Part shown: piece by piece, positions 1 through 10,558 of the stretch
Layout of the letters: each line of letters starts with the position of its first letter
Position numbering within the stretch: the first letter of the stretch is position 1
Source: an uncultured Thermoprotei archaeon
Lineage (GTDB): Archaea > Thermoproteota > Thermoprotei > Thermofilales > B15-G2
Direction: 5' to 3'
Length of the DNA stretch: 64,000 nucleotides
Assembly: GCA_965367815.1 (NCBI GenBank)
Contig: CBDUKN010000003.1
Span: 103,649-167,648, forward strand
The notes under the pieces: model-generated
The model's input: only the letters and a program-made list of their open reading frames with translations
Told to the model about the DNA's origin: nothing
Databases searched by the model: none
Made by a program: the position numbers and the translations under genes

Positions 1-228
1 GCTAATTTACTGCTAGCAGAAGAACTAGCAGAGACTAAAGTGGATACTTTGCTCTTCGATGCTAATCCAAAGAATTAAGAAAAGACTTATATGATAAAGA
101 GGGAGAGCTCAACAGATCTTTGACAAAACTCTAAACACTACTAAAATAATACCGACTCCTTTAAATAATTTAAGAATTATTCTAATTTACGAAAATCTAT
201 AAAATATTTTCACATACTGTAAATAGTG

Positions 229-663
229 TTACGAAAATATAGTGCCTAGAAGGTATTCCTCTGGAGTCAATACTTCAAAAGAACCTTTATTCATAAAATG
301 CTTCTTATTCCATGTAACTAAAGTATTTACGCCCTGTTCTTCTAAAATCCACGCTACTTGAGCATCGCCAAAACTCATTTTCCTGTAAATGTAGTTTAAA
401 GACTTCATTATGTAGTTGGAAAGAGACGGCCATTCTTTCCAGTAAAGTATTTCGAAGTCGCGTCTTCTATGAAGTAGTGTAAAAAGTTGACGTGCCTTAG
501 TGGCACCCTGAGCAATAGCCATTAATCCTGTGAGTTCGAGTACATTGACAATAGTGGTAGCTTTCACTAAGTCAGACTCAATTAGTTTTGCAGCAGTTTT
601 GTATCTTTTATCCCATTTGAAAATAAAATATACGGCTAAGACATCTGTATCTAGAGCTATCAT
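229..663 (-). CDS. vapC: PIN-domain ribonuclease toxin (VapC family)
   Basis: N-terminal IALDTDV, central NVLE, and C-terminal SFGDAQV and LVTWNKKHF motifs; overlaps the upstream RHH gene by 4 nt. Confidence 0.88.
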   Translation of the reverse strand: MIALDTDVLAVYFIFKWDKRYKTAAKLIESDLVKATTIVNVLELTGLMAIAQGATKARQLFTLLHRRRDFEILYWKEWPSLSNYIMKSLNYIYRKMSFGDAQVAWILEEQGVNTLVTWNKKHFMNKGSFEVLTPEEYLLGTIFS

Positions 664-983
664 AAAGATTCTCCTCTAACTTTTCTTAATACTTTCTCTA
701 CTTCATCTGTGCCAAAAAACTTGCGCAGATTTTTTCTTGCTTCATCTACATTCACTTCAACAACATCACTCGGACCTAGGTCCTTCTTTAATTTACCTAA
801 CAAATATAGCGTTATGACAAATTCTTCTTCAGTAGCAAGTCTAGAGTACTCTAGCAAAAGCTTTCTTAGTGACTCAGCCACGGCTTCGCTTCTAGACCTA
901 AATATACCTAGTTCAATAAGTCTATCGAGCTCCTTAACAATTTCCTCAGAAACTCTGACTTGAAGAAGAATAGTTTTCTTCAT
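660..983 (-). CDS. Ribbon-helix-helix (CopG/ParD-like) antitoxin
   Basis: LQVRVSEEIVKELDRLIELGIFRSRSEAVAESLR is an RHH signature; translationally coupled to the PIN gene. Confidence 0.85.
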   Translation of the reverse strand: MKKTILLQVRVSEEIVKELDRLIELGIFRSRSEAVAESLRKLLLEYSRLATEEEFVITLYLLGKLKKDLGPSDVVEVNVDEARKNLRKFFGTDEVEKVLRKVRGESL

Positions 984-1507
984 ACATGTATGATAAAATC
1001 ATACGTGTATTTATTTCTTAATATTCATGCATCCTACAATATTTACAGTGTTCTTATCCGGATCTTTTAGCTCTAGTAAACTCACCTACTCCAATAGCGT
1101 CTACATCCATTTCATTTCCTTTATACACTATTTCCCCAGTCCATTTGATAAACGCTCCTATTCACACGCATATAACTTTGTTATCCCACCATGTGCCTCT
1201 TGATGTAATTACCCAGTGTTTAGAAGGCCGGTAAGCAAATACTTTTTCAGTTAAATTGAAAATTTCCTTGAAATTCTCCGCTAAGAGTAAATTCTCTACA
1301 CATATACCCAAATAAAATTCCAGCTAGTATTGTCAGGAAAATAATGTTCCCAGAGACTATTACAGAAAAGTGGTAACTCAATAGGAAACAATCTAGCTAG
1401 CTTCTCCGCAACTGCGGCACTCAAACAATATTCAAGTAAATTATACACAATACTTTATTATCTTTCAGTAGACAGAAAATTAAAATTTCTATATATAGAC
1501 TGTATAT

Positions 1508-1735
1508 ATGATGGTTAAAACCATTATGATTAGAGACGAAGTATACAAACTACTCGTTGAGCTAAAAAACACTAACGAAAGTTTCAGCGACATAATTCTA
1601 AGACTAATAAAAGAGTCTGCTGAAGCAAGAAAGAGAAGAATAGAAAAATATTTTGGTTCCTTAAAAGAAGACGAAGCAAAAATACTTGAAGAAATAACAG
1701 AAAAAAGCAGAAAAGAATTCAAAACTAGAATATGA
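1508..1735 (+). CDS. vapB: Archaeal VapB-type antitoxin (DUF217/UPF0330-like)
   Basis: KTIMIRDEVYKLLVELK..ESFSDIILRLI and YFGSL motifs typical of this antitoxin family. Confidence 0.85.
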   Translation: MMVKTIMIRDEVYKLLVELKNTNESFSDIILRLIKESAEARKRRIEKYFGSLKEDEAKILEEITEKSRKEFKTRI

Positions 1736-1805
1736 GAATACTACTCGTCAGCTATAATCGAATTTCTAAAAGGAAATCTAAAAGTCAAAGAAATTATTGA
1801 AGAAT
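1732..1805 (+). pseudogene. Truncated, frameshifted vapC remnant
   Basis: ATG overlaps the antitoxin stop (ATGA). Restoring 2 nt gives MRILDSSAIIEFLKGNLKVKEIIEE, a PIN N-terminus; the rest is replaced by the convergent gene. Confidence 0.7.
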
Positions 1806-2267
1806 CCATCTCTTTAAATCATCATAGAAGTCTTCTCTGCTCTTAAAGCCTCGGAAATTAAAGCTATAGACTCTTGGAGTATTTCCTTGAATAAAGCCTA
1901 CTGTTAAAGTAGAGCCTCCGAAATACTTACGATACTCTACAAACCTTATATCTTTAAGAGGTATTATTAAGCTACCGGGAGTCTTAATACCCCTATATAC
2001 GTCTTCTAAGCTAAGTTTCCTGCTCATAACTACTTTTCTACCTATACCGAATGGTGTCCTAGCGCCAAGTGCTGCTACCGTTACTCCTTCGCCTATGCTT
2101 AACGCAACGTAATACAGATTTTTGTTTGTCAGAACGAGGTATCCCGGCTTATATGCGCTCATGAAGCCTCTAACATAGGCTTTAGCTACACGTTGAGCAT
2201 GACCTGTGGGAAGAGTAGTTTCATAAGCAGCTACATCTCCTTCTTGTTTAATAATATATTCCTTCAC
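1794..2267 (-). CDS. Hypothetical protein, possibly PH-like fold
   Basis: 157-aa ORF; GYLVLTNKNLYY and IPLKDIRFVE resemble prokaryotic PH-like domains. Confidence 0.6.
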   Translation of the reverse strand: MKEYIIKQEGDVAAYETTLPTGHAQRVAKAYVRGFMSAYKPGYLVLTNKNLYYVALSIGEGVTVAALGARTPFGIGRKVVMSRKLSLEDVYRGIKTPGSLIIPLKDIRFVEYRKYFGGSTLTVGFIQGNTPRVYSFNFRGFKSREDFYDDLKRWILQ

Positions 2268-2385
2268 GATTAAAAACTAGAATAAAGATTATAAAAATTT
2301 TATTAACTGTCAGTGCAGAGTTTTCATTGAAGTAGAATTTAGTGTATATGAGAAGTATTTTATTTTATTTGCGTGAGAATTAGTC

Positions 2386-4857
2386 ATGGATACCGAAGTC
2401 TATGTAGTGCTCTACTCTCATATCGACGTCGGCTGGGGTTACTATTGGGGGCCGTCGCTCGAGTATATTGAGCGCCAAAATAATGTTATTGCTTTCAGTG
2501 CGCTGAACTTAATTAAAAATGACCTTGACTTTAAGTGGACAATAGATAACGTCTATGTTATTAAAAGACTTTTGAGAGATTTTCCTGCTCTACGAGACTT
2601 TATCATATCTGCTTTGAAGGAAGGCAGGATAGAAGTTTCTCCACCAGCTGTCGCTATTTCGCCGCTCTATATTGACGGCGAATCTCTCATAAGAAATGTG
2701 TTGCTTGGAAGGGAGTTTTATAAGAACCTTGGCGTGAAAAAACATTCACCAGTATTCATTGCTTTTGATGTCACTTGTCATCATCCGCAGTTGCCGCAGA
2801 TACTTCGTAAGCTAGGCTTCGAATACTATGTTCCAGGAAGACCAGACATGAAAGCATATAAGCTGAAAGGAGTACCAATAGAATTTATTTGGGAAGGACT
2901 CGATGGAAGCCGTATTTTATGCAATAGGGTTGGTTACGGGTGGGCTTACGTTGAGCTTAAAGAGCCTTTGGGCATAAAGACTTGGAGTGAAGGAGCAGAG
3001 GAGATAGTACAGCACTTAGAGAAAAAGGTAGCCGATATTTATGAGGGAGTAGAGTCTCCTTACATAATATACATTGGCAGAGACTGGCATGAATTTCACC
3101 CAGCTATATGCGAGCTAATAAGGTACTGGAGGAGCAAAGGAAGGAAGGTAGTCGTAGCTACTCCAAGCGAGTACTTCAAGCACCTACCCAAGAAGAAGCT
3201 TAAAGTAGTTAAAGGAGACCTCGACCCTGTCAGCTGGGCAGCTATATATGGTGTTGGGGGAGACATAGTACGCTATAACATAATTAAAGCAGTAGGCGCT
3301 TTACTCAACTGCGAGAAAACATGTACTATAGCTTCTCTCTACGGAAGAAAATATCCTTACAGGAAAATAAAGAAGGCGTGGTACTATATAGCCATCAGCT
3401 GGCACCACGATATGTCGCACGGCTATGTTTCTCAAACAGACTGCGAGAAATGGATCAAAATACTCAAGAATATTCGATTCTGGGCTCTCAGCGAAACAAA
3501 GCGCGCTATAAATTACATTGCGTTGAAAATAAACACAGTCTGGGCCAAAGGAACACCACTAGTAGTCTTCAATACTCTGCCGTGGAGACGAACAGACAAA
3601 GCATCGCTGAAAATAACGCTGCCAGAAAACCTTGTTCCAAGAATATATGACTATGAAGGAAACTCTGTACCATGCCAAGTAAAAGTCCTCAAAAAACTTG
3701 GAGACAAAAAGTTAGTCAAAGTAGAGTTCATAGCAGAAGTCCCTGGACTAGGCTACCGAGTCTACGACTTAAGACTCGAGAAAGGAGAATACAGCGAGGA
3801 GATATCGGGTGAGAAAAGTGTTGAAAACAAGTACTTTAAAGTAGAGTTCAGTAAAGGATGTATTTCAAGCCTATACGACAAGCAGACTGGAATACAGGTG
3901 CTCGAGACAAGCAAGTATCTCGGAAACGATCTCGTTTTGCAGAAAGTCAAATTCAGGCCTCCAGATGGACTAGCTATAGACGAAGTCCTCTCTGAGACAA
4001 AAAGCAGTGACTATATCGCTGAAAAAGAAGTACTAATTAAAGGAGAACTCTACACAACTTATGTCTCGGATAAAAGCTTTGAGAAAATAAAAGTAAAGCA
4101 GAAAATACTTGTACACAACTACAAGCCTGTAGTAGAGTTCTTTACTACAATCGAGGACCACCACTACGACCACAGAATAAGAGCAGTATTTCCACTGAAT
4201 TTCAAAGGCAAAGTCTATAGAAGCATACCTTTCGGCGTAGTAGAATTTGAGCCAGAAAAAGAGCCCTACGTGGGCTGGGAAAGAAGCAACGGTAAGCTAC
4301 CAGGAGTCTTCTGGGCCAGTACTTGGGCAGACTATTCTTCAGAAAACTACGGAGTAACGTTGGCCAATAGAGCTAGAATAGGATACCAAATTGAAGAAAA
4401 CGTTCTATCAACAGTTCTACTAGCCACAAGAGACCCATCTGTACTAACTAGATTTGCCTATCCACATCTCATAGGAACAGGCAAATACACTTTCAACTAC
4501 ATACTAGTGCCTCATACCGAAGACTGGAAGCATGCTAAACCATACCTCACAGTAGAAGAGTGGCTAAACCCGTTAATCGTAGTTGAAGCAACAAGACACG
4601 ATGGCCTGCTGCCTCCAGAGAAAAGCATAATAGAGGTCTCTGGAAATGCAGTGCTATTGAGCGCACTCTACAAGGATCTTCAGGGAATAGTAATGAGGCT
4701 CTATGAAGTAGACGGCGAAGAAAAAGAGTACAGCGTAAAGCTAGACGGTAAAGGAGTAGAATTACTGGAAACAGATATGCTCGGAAAAATCATAAGTAAA
4801 GTGCCTAGGGTCTTGAAACCTTACGAGATAAAAACACTGCTAATTAGACGTACTTAA
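2386..4857 (+). CDS. Glycoside hydrolase family 38 (alpha-mannosidase-like)
   Basis: SHIDVGW metal motif, DGESLIRN, QLPQILRKLG, EFIWEGLDGSRIL, WHHD, and GH38 C-terminal ENKYFKV and RLYE...KPYEIKT; no signal peptide. Confidence 0.9.
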   Translation: MDTEVYVVLYSHIDVGWGYYWGPSLEYIERQNNVIAFSALNLIKNDLDFKWTIDNVYVIKRLLRDFPALRDFIISALKEGRIEVSPPAVAISPLYIDGESLIRNVLLGREFYKNLGVKKHSPVFIAFDVTCHHPQLPQILRKLGFEYYVPGRPDMKAYKLKGVPIEFIWEGLDGSRILCNRVGYGWAYVELKEPLGIKTWSEGAEEIVQHLEKKVADIYEGVESPYIIYIGRDWHEFHPAICELIRYWRSKGRKVVVATPSEYFKHLPKKKLKVVKGDLDPVSWAAIYGVGGDIVRYNIIKAVGALLNCEKTCTIASLYGRKYPYRKIKKAWYYIAISWHHDMSHGYVSQTDCEKWIKILKNIRFWALSETKRAINYIALKINTVWAKGTPLVVFNTLPWRRTDKASLKITLPENLVPRIYDYEGNSVPCQVKVLKKLGDKKLVKVEFIAEVPGLGYRVYDLRLEKGEYSEEISGEKSVENKYFKVEFSKGCISSLYDKQTGIQVLETSKYLGNDLVLQKVKFRPPDGLAIDEVLSETKSSDYIAEKEVLIKGELYTTYVSDKSFEKIKVKQKILVHNYKPVVEFFTTIEDHHYDHRIRAVFPLNFKGKVYRSIPFGVVEFEPEKEPYVGWERSNGKLPGVFWASTWADYSSENYGVTLANRARIGYQIEENVLSTVLLATRDPSVLTRFAYPHLIGTGKYTFNYILVPHTEDWKHAKPYLTVEEWLNPLIVVEATRHDGLLPPEKSIIEVSGNAVLLSALYKDLQGIVMRLYEVDGEEKEYSVKLDGKGVELLETDMLGKIISKVPRVLKPYEIKTLLIRRT

Positions 4858-4903
4858 TAGCAAATATTTAGCTTTTCTTTAGAAGATTTAGGTGTAAAAA
4901 ACA

Positions 4904-7765
4904 TTAAACTACTTTAATTGATATTTCAGCTTTCTCTGGAGGCTTCTCTACTTTAAATACGACTTTTCTTCTCTCTCCTGGCTCTAAGTCTACACGCTTA
5001 ACTGAGACTTCTTTTCCGTTGACTAGTAGCTTTACTTGAGCGATATCAGAGATCTTGCCAATATTTTCTACTACACCTGTTACTGCTAGTTTGTCTCCCT
5101 TGTACTCTTTTTCTATTTTAATGCATTCGAATTTCGCTCTATGTTCTTTAGCTATATTAATTGTCTTTACTAGCCTTATGTCCTCTGAAGAACTGCCGAC
5201 CATTATTTTGAATTCTCCTGGCTCAACTACTCTCCTCATATCTGGCCCGAAGTACGCTAAGTCGTCGAGTGTCAACTTGAATACCACGGTTTTCTTTTCG
5301 CCGGGCTTCAGTGTTACTCTCTTGAAGCCTTTAAGCTCTTTTACTGGTCTAGCTACTCTAGACACTACGTCCCGTATATACAGCTGGACTACTTCATCGC
5401 CTTCTCTGTCGCCCACGTTTTCTACGTCGACGCTGACTACGATACGACCCTTTTCTTCGTCGACTTCTACAGATAAGTTGCTGTACTTGAATTCAGTGTA
5501 GCTCAAGCCGTAGCCGAACGGGAAGAGAGGTGTAGCCGGCATGTCTACGTAGTCGTATGATCTTCCAGTAGGCTTGTAGTTGTAGTATAGCGGTAGCTGG
5601 CCTTCGCATCGAGGCCAAGTGAAAGGCAGTCTTCCTCCTGGATTATATTCTCCGAAAAGTACTTCAGCTATAGCTGTTCCTCCCTCCTGTCCTGGATACC
5701 ATGCCTGAACAACAGCTGGCACTTTTTCTAGCCAATCGCCTACAACAGCACTACCTGTTATCAATACTACTACTGTAGGTGTTCCTGTCTTCCACACTTC
5801 CTCAATCAGTTTCTCCTGTACTCTAGGAAGCCTCAGTATAGCTCTGTCTCTACCCTCACCTTCATCTATTCCTACGAAAATTATCGCTACGTCGGCTTCC
5901 CTAGCTAGCTCAACAGCTTTCTTTACGCCAACTGGCACTTCATCAGCATAGTCCCAGCAGAGCCTTAAGGAAGCGTAGCCGGCTCCAATTCTCCTGTACT
6001 CTAGCCTCAAATCGTATTTGCGGCCTTTCTCTAAATCTACTACTGCTCTCAGCGGGAAGCTAGTAGGCTTGTCCCATGAGTCTATTAGGAGCTTGCCGTC
6101 TAGCCATAGTCTAACTCCGCCTCCGTCTGCCAGCACTATTAACTCGAATCTACCTGTCTCGGGTGCGACTAGTCTAGCAGTAATTCTAGCTGAAAACCTG
6201 TCGAAAGGTATGCGCGAGTCCGGCGGGTTGTGGGCCCAGTCGAATCTAATATCTCGGCCTCTAACTATCACTACTGGCTCTCCAGCTAAATCAGGGTTGT
6301 CGAAGTACTCTATTTTTACTCCATTTTCATCTGAGTCTGGGAGAAGCAGGTATTCGCGTGAAATACGGATAAACTCGCTTACATCAGGTATACAGGCTTT
6401 CTCGTGGAGCACTTCTATGCCCGCTTTCTCTGCTTTCTCTTTTATAGCTTCTAGTGGAGAGATTTTTCTGCAGGGTATACCGCTGTAGCCGCCTAGCCTC
6501 AATTCATCTGAGAGAGGCCCTAGTACAGCTATTTTCTTCACTTTGCTTTTATCTAATGGAAGCACTTTGTTCTCGTTCTTAAGGAGAACTATCGCTTTCC
6601 TCGCGGCCTCTAAAGCCAGTTTTCTGTGTTCTTCACAGCAGCATATTTTCTCCGCCCTATCTGGATCAGTGAAGGGGTTGTCGAAAAGCCCTATGAGGAA
6701 CTTTACTCTGAGTACTCTTCTTACAGCTTCGTTTAATACTTCTTCTGAAATAAGTCCTTCTTTAACTGCTTTCAGTAGAGCTTCTCCATAGACTTCTACT
6801 CTAGGTAATTCCACGTCCAAACCGGCCTCTAAAGCCAGCTTAGCTGTTTCCTCCAGGGAAGATGCTACTTTATGTTTTTCGTAGATGCCTATTACAGAGC
6901 GGTAATCTGAGACAACAAAGCCTTCGAAGCCCCACTCGTCTCTAAGCACTTCAGTTAGCAGCCACTTGTGGCAGGAGCAGGGTGTTCCGTCAAGAGAATT
7001 GTAGGCCGCCATTACTGACAGCGCTCCCGCTTTAAAGCATGCTTTGAAGCCAGGGAAGTATATTTCGCGGATTATGCGCTCAGAGAAGTGTATTTCGTTG
7101 CTGTCTCTACCGCCGTCGCCTACGAAGTTGGCGACGTAGTGTTTTGGAGTAGCTATTACTCCTTCTTCTCTCAGAGCTCTGCAGAAAGCAGCCCCCATAA
7201 CGGCTGTTAGATATGGGTCTTCGCCGTAGCTTTCCTCGGTTCTCCCGGCTCTAACGTCTCGTACTATATTGACTACAGGTGATAAGCACTGGTGTATTCC
7301 TCTTGCTCTAGTTTCTTTAGCTATAGCTTTAGCCACACGGTACATTAAGTCGGGATCCCATGTAGCTGCTAGTGCAATTGCTTGAGGAAAGCTAGTAGAG
7401 TACTTAGCCATACAGCCGTGAAGACATTCGTCGTGAATAATAACAGGTATTCCGAGCCGAGTATTCTCGATAGCCTGTATCTGATAGTCATTAGACTTGA
7501 TTGCTCCTTCTTTAGGAGGCAGGTTTCTAATAACTAGAGTGAGATTGCCCATACCGTGCTCAGGAACAGTGGTTCCAGACTGAAGTTGAGCAACTTTTTC
7601 CTCTAGAGTCATTCGAGACAATAAGTCTTCGACTCTCTCTTCGATAGGTAGCTCGGGGTTCTCGTAGGGATCCATTACACCATTTTTATTGAAATCAATC
7701 CAGTTTTCATGATATATTTCAGGCTTCTTGACATTAGGTGGAAGATAGTATTTCCTTGAAGTCAT
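4904..7765 (-). CDS. GH3 beta-glucosidase/xylosidase with PA14, Fn3-like and C-terminal CARDB-like domains
   Basis: SFPQAIALAATWD, GRTEESYGEDP, KHY, GFVVSDY nucleophile, PA14 insert (FSARIT..LRLEY), PLFPFGYGLSYT, EVVQLY..ELKGF. Confidence 0.95.
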   Translation of the reverse strand: MTSRKYYLPPNVKKPEIYHENWIDFNKNGVMDPYENPELPIEERVEDLLSRMTLEEKVAQLQSGTTVPEHGMGNLTLVIRNLPPKEGAIKSNDYQIQAIENTRLGIPVIIHDECLHGCMAKYSTSFPQAIALAATWDPDLMYRVAKAIAKETRARGIHQCLSPVVNIVRDVRAGRTEESYGEDPYLTAVMGAAFCRALREEGVIATPKHYVANFVGDGGRDSNEIHFSERIIREIYFPGFKACFKAGALSVMAAYNSLDGTPCSCHKWLLTEVLRDEWGFEGFVVSDYRSVIGIYEKHKVASSLEETAKLALEAGLDVELPRVEVYGEALLKAVKEGLISEEVLNEAVRRVLRVKFLIGLFDNPFTDPDRAEKICCCEEHRKLALEAARKAIVLLKNENKVLPLDKSKVKKIAVLGPLSDELRLGGYSGIPCRKISPLEAIKEKAEKAGIEVLHEKACIPDVSEFIRISREYLLLPDSDENGVKIEYFDNPDLAGEPVVIVRGRDIRFDWAHNPPDSRIPFDRFSARITARLVAPETGRFELIVLADGGGVRLWLDGKLLIDSWDKPTSFPLRAVVDLEKGRKYDLRLEYRRIGAGYASLRLCWDYADEVPVGVKKAVELAREADVAIIFVGIDEGEGRDRAILRLPRVQEKLIEEVWKTGTPTVVVLITGSAVVGDWLEKVPAVVQAWYPGQEGGTAIAEVLFGEYNPGGRLPFTWPRCEGQLPLYYNYKPTGRSYDYVDMPATPLFPFGYGLSYTEFKYSNLSVEVDEEKGRIVVSVDVENVGDREGDEVVQLYIRDVVSRVARPVKELKGFKRVTLKPGEKKTVVFKLTLDDLAYFGPDMRRVVEPGEFKIMVGSSSEDIRLVKTINIAKEHRAKFECIKIEKEYKGDKLAVTGVVENIGKISDIAQVKLLVNGKEVSVKRVDLEPGERRKVVFKVEKPPEKAEISIKVV

Positions 7766-7892
7766 TTGCTCACATTAGTTACGCAAATTTGTCATTTTTA
7801 ACACTTTCCACGCTGAAACATTTCACTGAAGATACTTTAATTAATACTAGCTGTGCATTAAAGAAGGAAACATATTACTTTATGGTCTACAA

Positions 7893-8720
7893 ATGGGAGT
7901 AGTTCTCATAGGAAGAAGCTTTGAAGAAGAAGTAAAAGACTACTTAAAGCTAGCAGAAATTCTTAAACTAAAATCAATTGAGCTCGACTTTTCTCATCCA
8001 GAACTATGCTTCGATGGACTTAAAGCCAGAATATATTTACCAGAGCTAAGCCACTTGCGCAAAAAGAAGCTAGTGAAAGATTTTGCGCAAAATTTCGAAG
8101 CAAAGGGAGCACACTTACCTTTTGCCTCCATGGAGGTATATTCAGCAGCATCTGATAAGAAACTAGAGGAAGCTTCACGCAAGCTAATAAAATTCGGCAT
8201 AGAATGTGCTGCTGAAATAACCTAGACTTCGTTACAATACACCTTGATTCAAAAAATCTAAATGACGAAGAGGAAAAATAGAGAAAACTAAAAAGCTGTT
8301 GAGGAATACCTCGATGTAGTAAAACAGTATAACATAGTACTAGCCTTGGAAAATACTTTCGGCAATTTTACTAAAATACCTGAGCTAGTACATGAGCTGA
8401 AAAATCCTCTAGTTAAAATGACATTAGACACAGGACACGCCTACTTAACACTGAGAAGCGAATTCCATAAGAAAATAGTTCAGTACCTAGAGAACAACAA
8501 AGACATAATATGCAACATACATGTACACGACAGCACACTGAAAAGAGATCATTTAATGATAGGCAGAGGAGAAATAGACTTCAAGCCAATAATCAAAGTT
8601 CTAAAGAAAGCAAATAAAAGATATACACTTAATCTCGAAAGCGAGCCAAGTAGTCCCCAGACAGCACTAGAAGAAACAATAAAAAGCATAACGCTGTTAA
8701 AGCAGTTCGAAAACTCGTAA
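7893..8720 (+). pseudogene. Sugar phosphate isomerase/epimerase (xylose-isomerase-like TIM barrel), frameshifted
   Basis: AHLPF, then NLDFVTIHL in a shifted frame, then LALEN, TLDTGHA, HVHD, DHLMIGRGEIDF; frame breaks at ~8220-8295. Confidence 0.8.
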
Positions 8721-8801
8721 ATTAACATAGCGAAGCTTAGCAGTTATCTACTTTCTAAATAGTAATACATATATTACGCTAATAGTATACAGTATGAGCA
8801 T

Positions 8802-9050
8802 ATGAGTGTAGTAGTGAGTTTTAGAATAGATAAGAATTTGAAGCGCAAAATGGAAGAGTATAGTTACATTAATTGGAGTGAAGTTGTCCGCAGAGCTATA
8901 GCTGAAGTGATCGAAAAAGAAGAATCAAAAAGAAGAGGAAAAGACTACGAGAGAATTAAGAGAGCAGCTCTGAGAACTAGAAAACTCATTAGAAAAATTG
9001 AGGGATGGAGTAGTGTAGAGGAGATTAGAAGATGGAGAGAAAAATTGTAG
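8802..9050 (+). CDS. vapB: RHH antitoxin (VapB)
   Basis: VVSFRIDKNLKRKM..INWSEVVRRAI; C-terminal SVEEIRRWRE; overlaps the PIN gene. Confidence 0.88.
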   Translation: MSVVVSFRIDKNLKRKMEEYSYINWSEVVRRAIAEVIEKEESKRRGKDYERIKRAALRTRKLIRKIEGWSSVEEIRRWREKL

Positions 9051-9460
9051 TTGTAGACGCAAGTGTTGTTGTTAAATGGTTTGTAGAAGAAAAATACTCG
9101 GAGGAAGCAAACTTGCTTAAAGACGCTTATGTCAGTGGCCTATTAGACCTAGCTGCGCCAGCTCTTCTGCCATACGAGGTTCTTAATGCATTAAAGTACT
9201 CAGGGCATTTTGGAGAAGATGAGCTTAAAGAAGTAGCAAGCATTCTTGAAGACTATCAGATAACACTCTATATTATCGAAGGAGATCTGGGCTCAAAAAC
9301 TGTAGAGATAGCTATGAGAAAAGGCTTAACTATTTATGATGCAGCTTATGTAGCGTTAGCAGATAAACTAAAGACAGTACTATATACAGCAGATGAAAAG
9401 CTAATAAGAAAAGTAAGTGACGAGAATCTAGTAAAGCACATAGCGGATCTAGAAATATAG
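9032..9460 (+). CDS. vapC: PIN-domain toxin VapC
   Basis: VVDASVVVKW, YEVLNAL, TIYDAAYVALA, LYTADEKL. Confidence 0.93.
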   Translation: MERKIVVVDASVVVKWFVEEKYSEEANLLKDAYVSGLLDLAAPALLPYEVLNALKYSGHFGEDELKEVASILEDYQITLYIIEGDLGSKTVEIAMRKGLTIYDAAYVALADKLKTVLYTADEKLIRKVSDENLVKHIADLEI

Positions 9461-9500
9461 ATAAGGACCAGTAAATAATTCGAGTAAATAAACTACTATC

Positions 9501-10259
9501 TTAAAGTTGCCAGAGTAAATCTCTGGCTCTATCTAGCATTTTGCGGGCAGCCAGTGCTTTTGCTTTAGCTTCTTTAGGATTCTTAGAGGCTATCGCCTTC
9601 TTCGCGTCGCTACACAGTTTTTCTGCTACTTCAAGTCTTCTCTTAACAGTTGAAACATTTTTGCCTTCGCTAGCTAGTATTTCTGCTTCTTCTTTGAGAG
9701 CAAGCAAGTCTGCTTCAATATTACTTAACTCCCATTCAACATCCTCTAGTTCCCGCTTAAGCTCCTCTAAACGCTCTAGCTCAATTCTTTTCTGCTCCTC
9801 AATTTTCATCCTAATATAGTTCTCAGTATCTCTAATAGTCTCGGCAAGAAGTCTAGCAAACTCTGTTTGCTCTTCAATAGAACGCTCGTATCCGTGATAT
9901 GCTCCAAGAGCTCCTCCAGCAGCTGCTCCAGCAATAGTATCTACTACGGCTTCAGCGTCTCTATTCAGAAGTCCGCTGATAATTCCTCCGAGAGCTCCTC
10001 CAGTAATAGCTCCAACAACACCTTCCTTGATCTCCTTTCTTTCTCTCTCAACAGTATAGGTTATCTTAATGTTATTTCCTTCAATAAATATTGTTAAGTG
10101 TCCTTTCTCACCAGTATGCTCAGTACTCATATCTACTCTGCTTTCAGAGCGCGATAAACCAGTTATCTGTGTACCTCTGAGAGCTAGCTCCGAAACAAGT
10201 CTTTCAGAGAACTCGGCGAAGTAAGGCGCTAATCCTTCAACAGTATATATGAAGGGCAT
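9501..10259 (-). CDS. Glycine-zipper protein with C-terminal coiled coil/helical bundle
   Basis: GAITGGALGGIISG and GAAAGGALGA zippers followed by a long heptad region; ATG 10259 is preceded by GGTG, so it is preferred over TTG 10289. Confidence 0.75.
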   Translation of the reverse strand: MPFIYTVEGLAPYFAEFSERLVSELALRGTQITGLSRSESRVDMSTEHTGEKGHLTIFIEGNNIKITYTVERERKEIKEGVVGAITGGALGGIISGLLNRDAEAVVDTIAGAAAGGALGAYHGYERSIEEQTEFARLLAETIRDTENYIRMKIEEQKRIELERLEELKRELEDVEWELSNIEADLLALKEEAEILASEGKNVSTVKRRLEVAEKLCSDAKKAIASKNPKEAKAKALAARKMLDRARDLLWQL

Positions 10260-10558
10260 TCTAGCACCTTCACTACTACTTAGAAACAATCACTATTTAT
10301 TTTTTATTTATTTTTTATCTATGATAAGTATATGTTGTCTAATATATTCTCTAGTACTCTAACATAGTATTTTCTAGTTAATGGGAATAAAGAATTTGTT
10401 TAAGTAAATACATTTAAAGCAATAGAAAGTAGTTACAAGAAGTAGCTAGTATAGCAAATCTTAAACTTAAATTCTAAATAAATGCACTTAATTCTAAGAA
10501 AATACCAGTAAACGATACATACATTCACTTTATTTAAAGCAAACTCAAAGAATACTTC

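Noticed and set aside
40-150. LFDANPK..KDLYDKEGEL fragment resembling the start of an archaeal ATPase
   Set aside because: Too short and broken to call with confidence
1030-1420. Coding-like decayed sequence on the minus strand
   Set aside because: Many stops and no recognisable family motif
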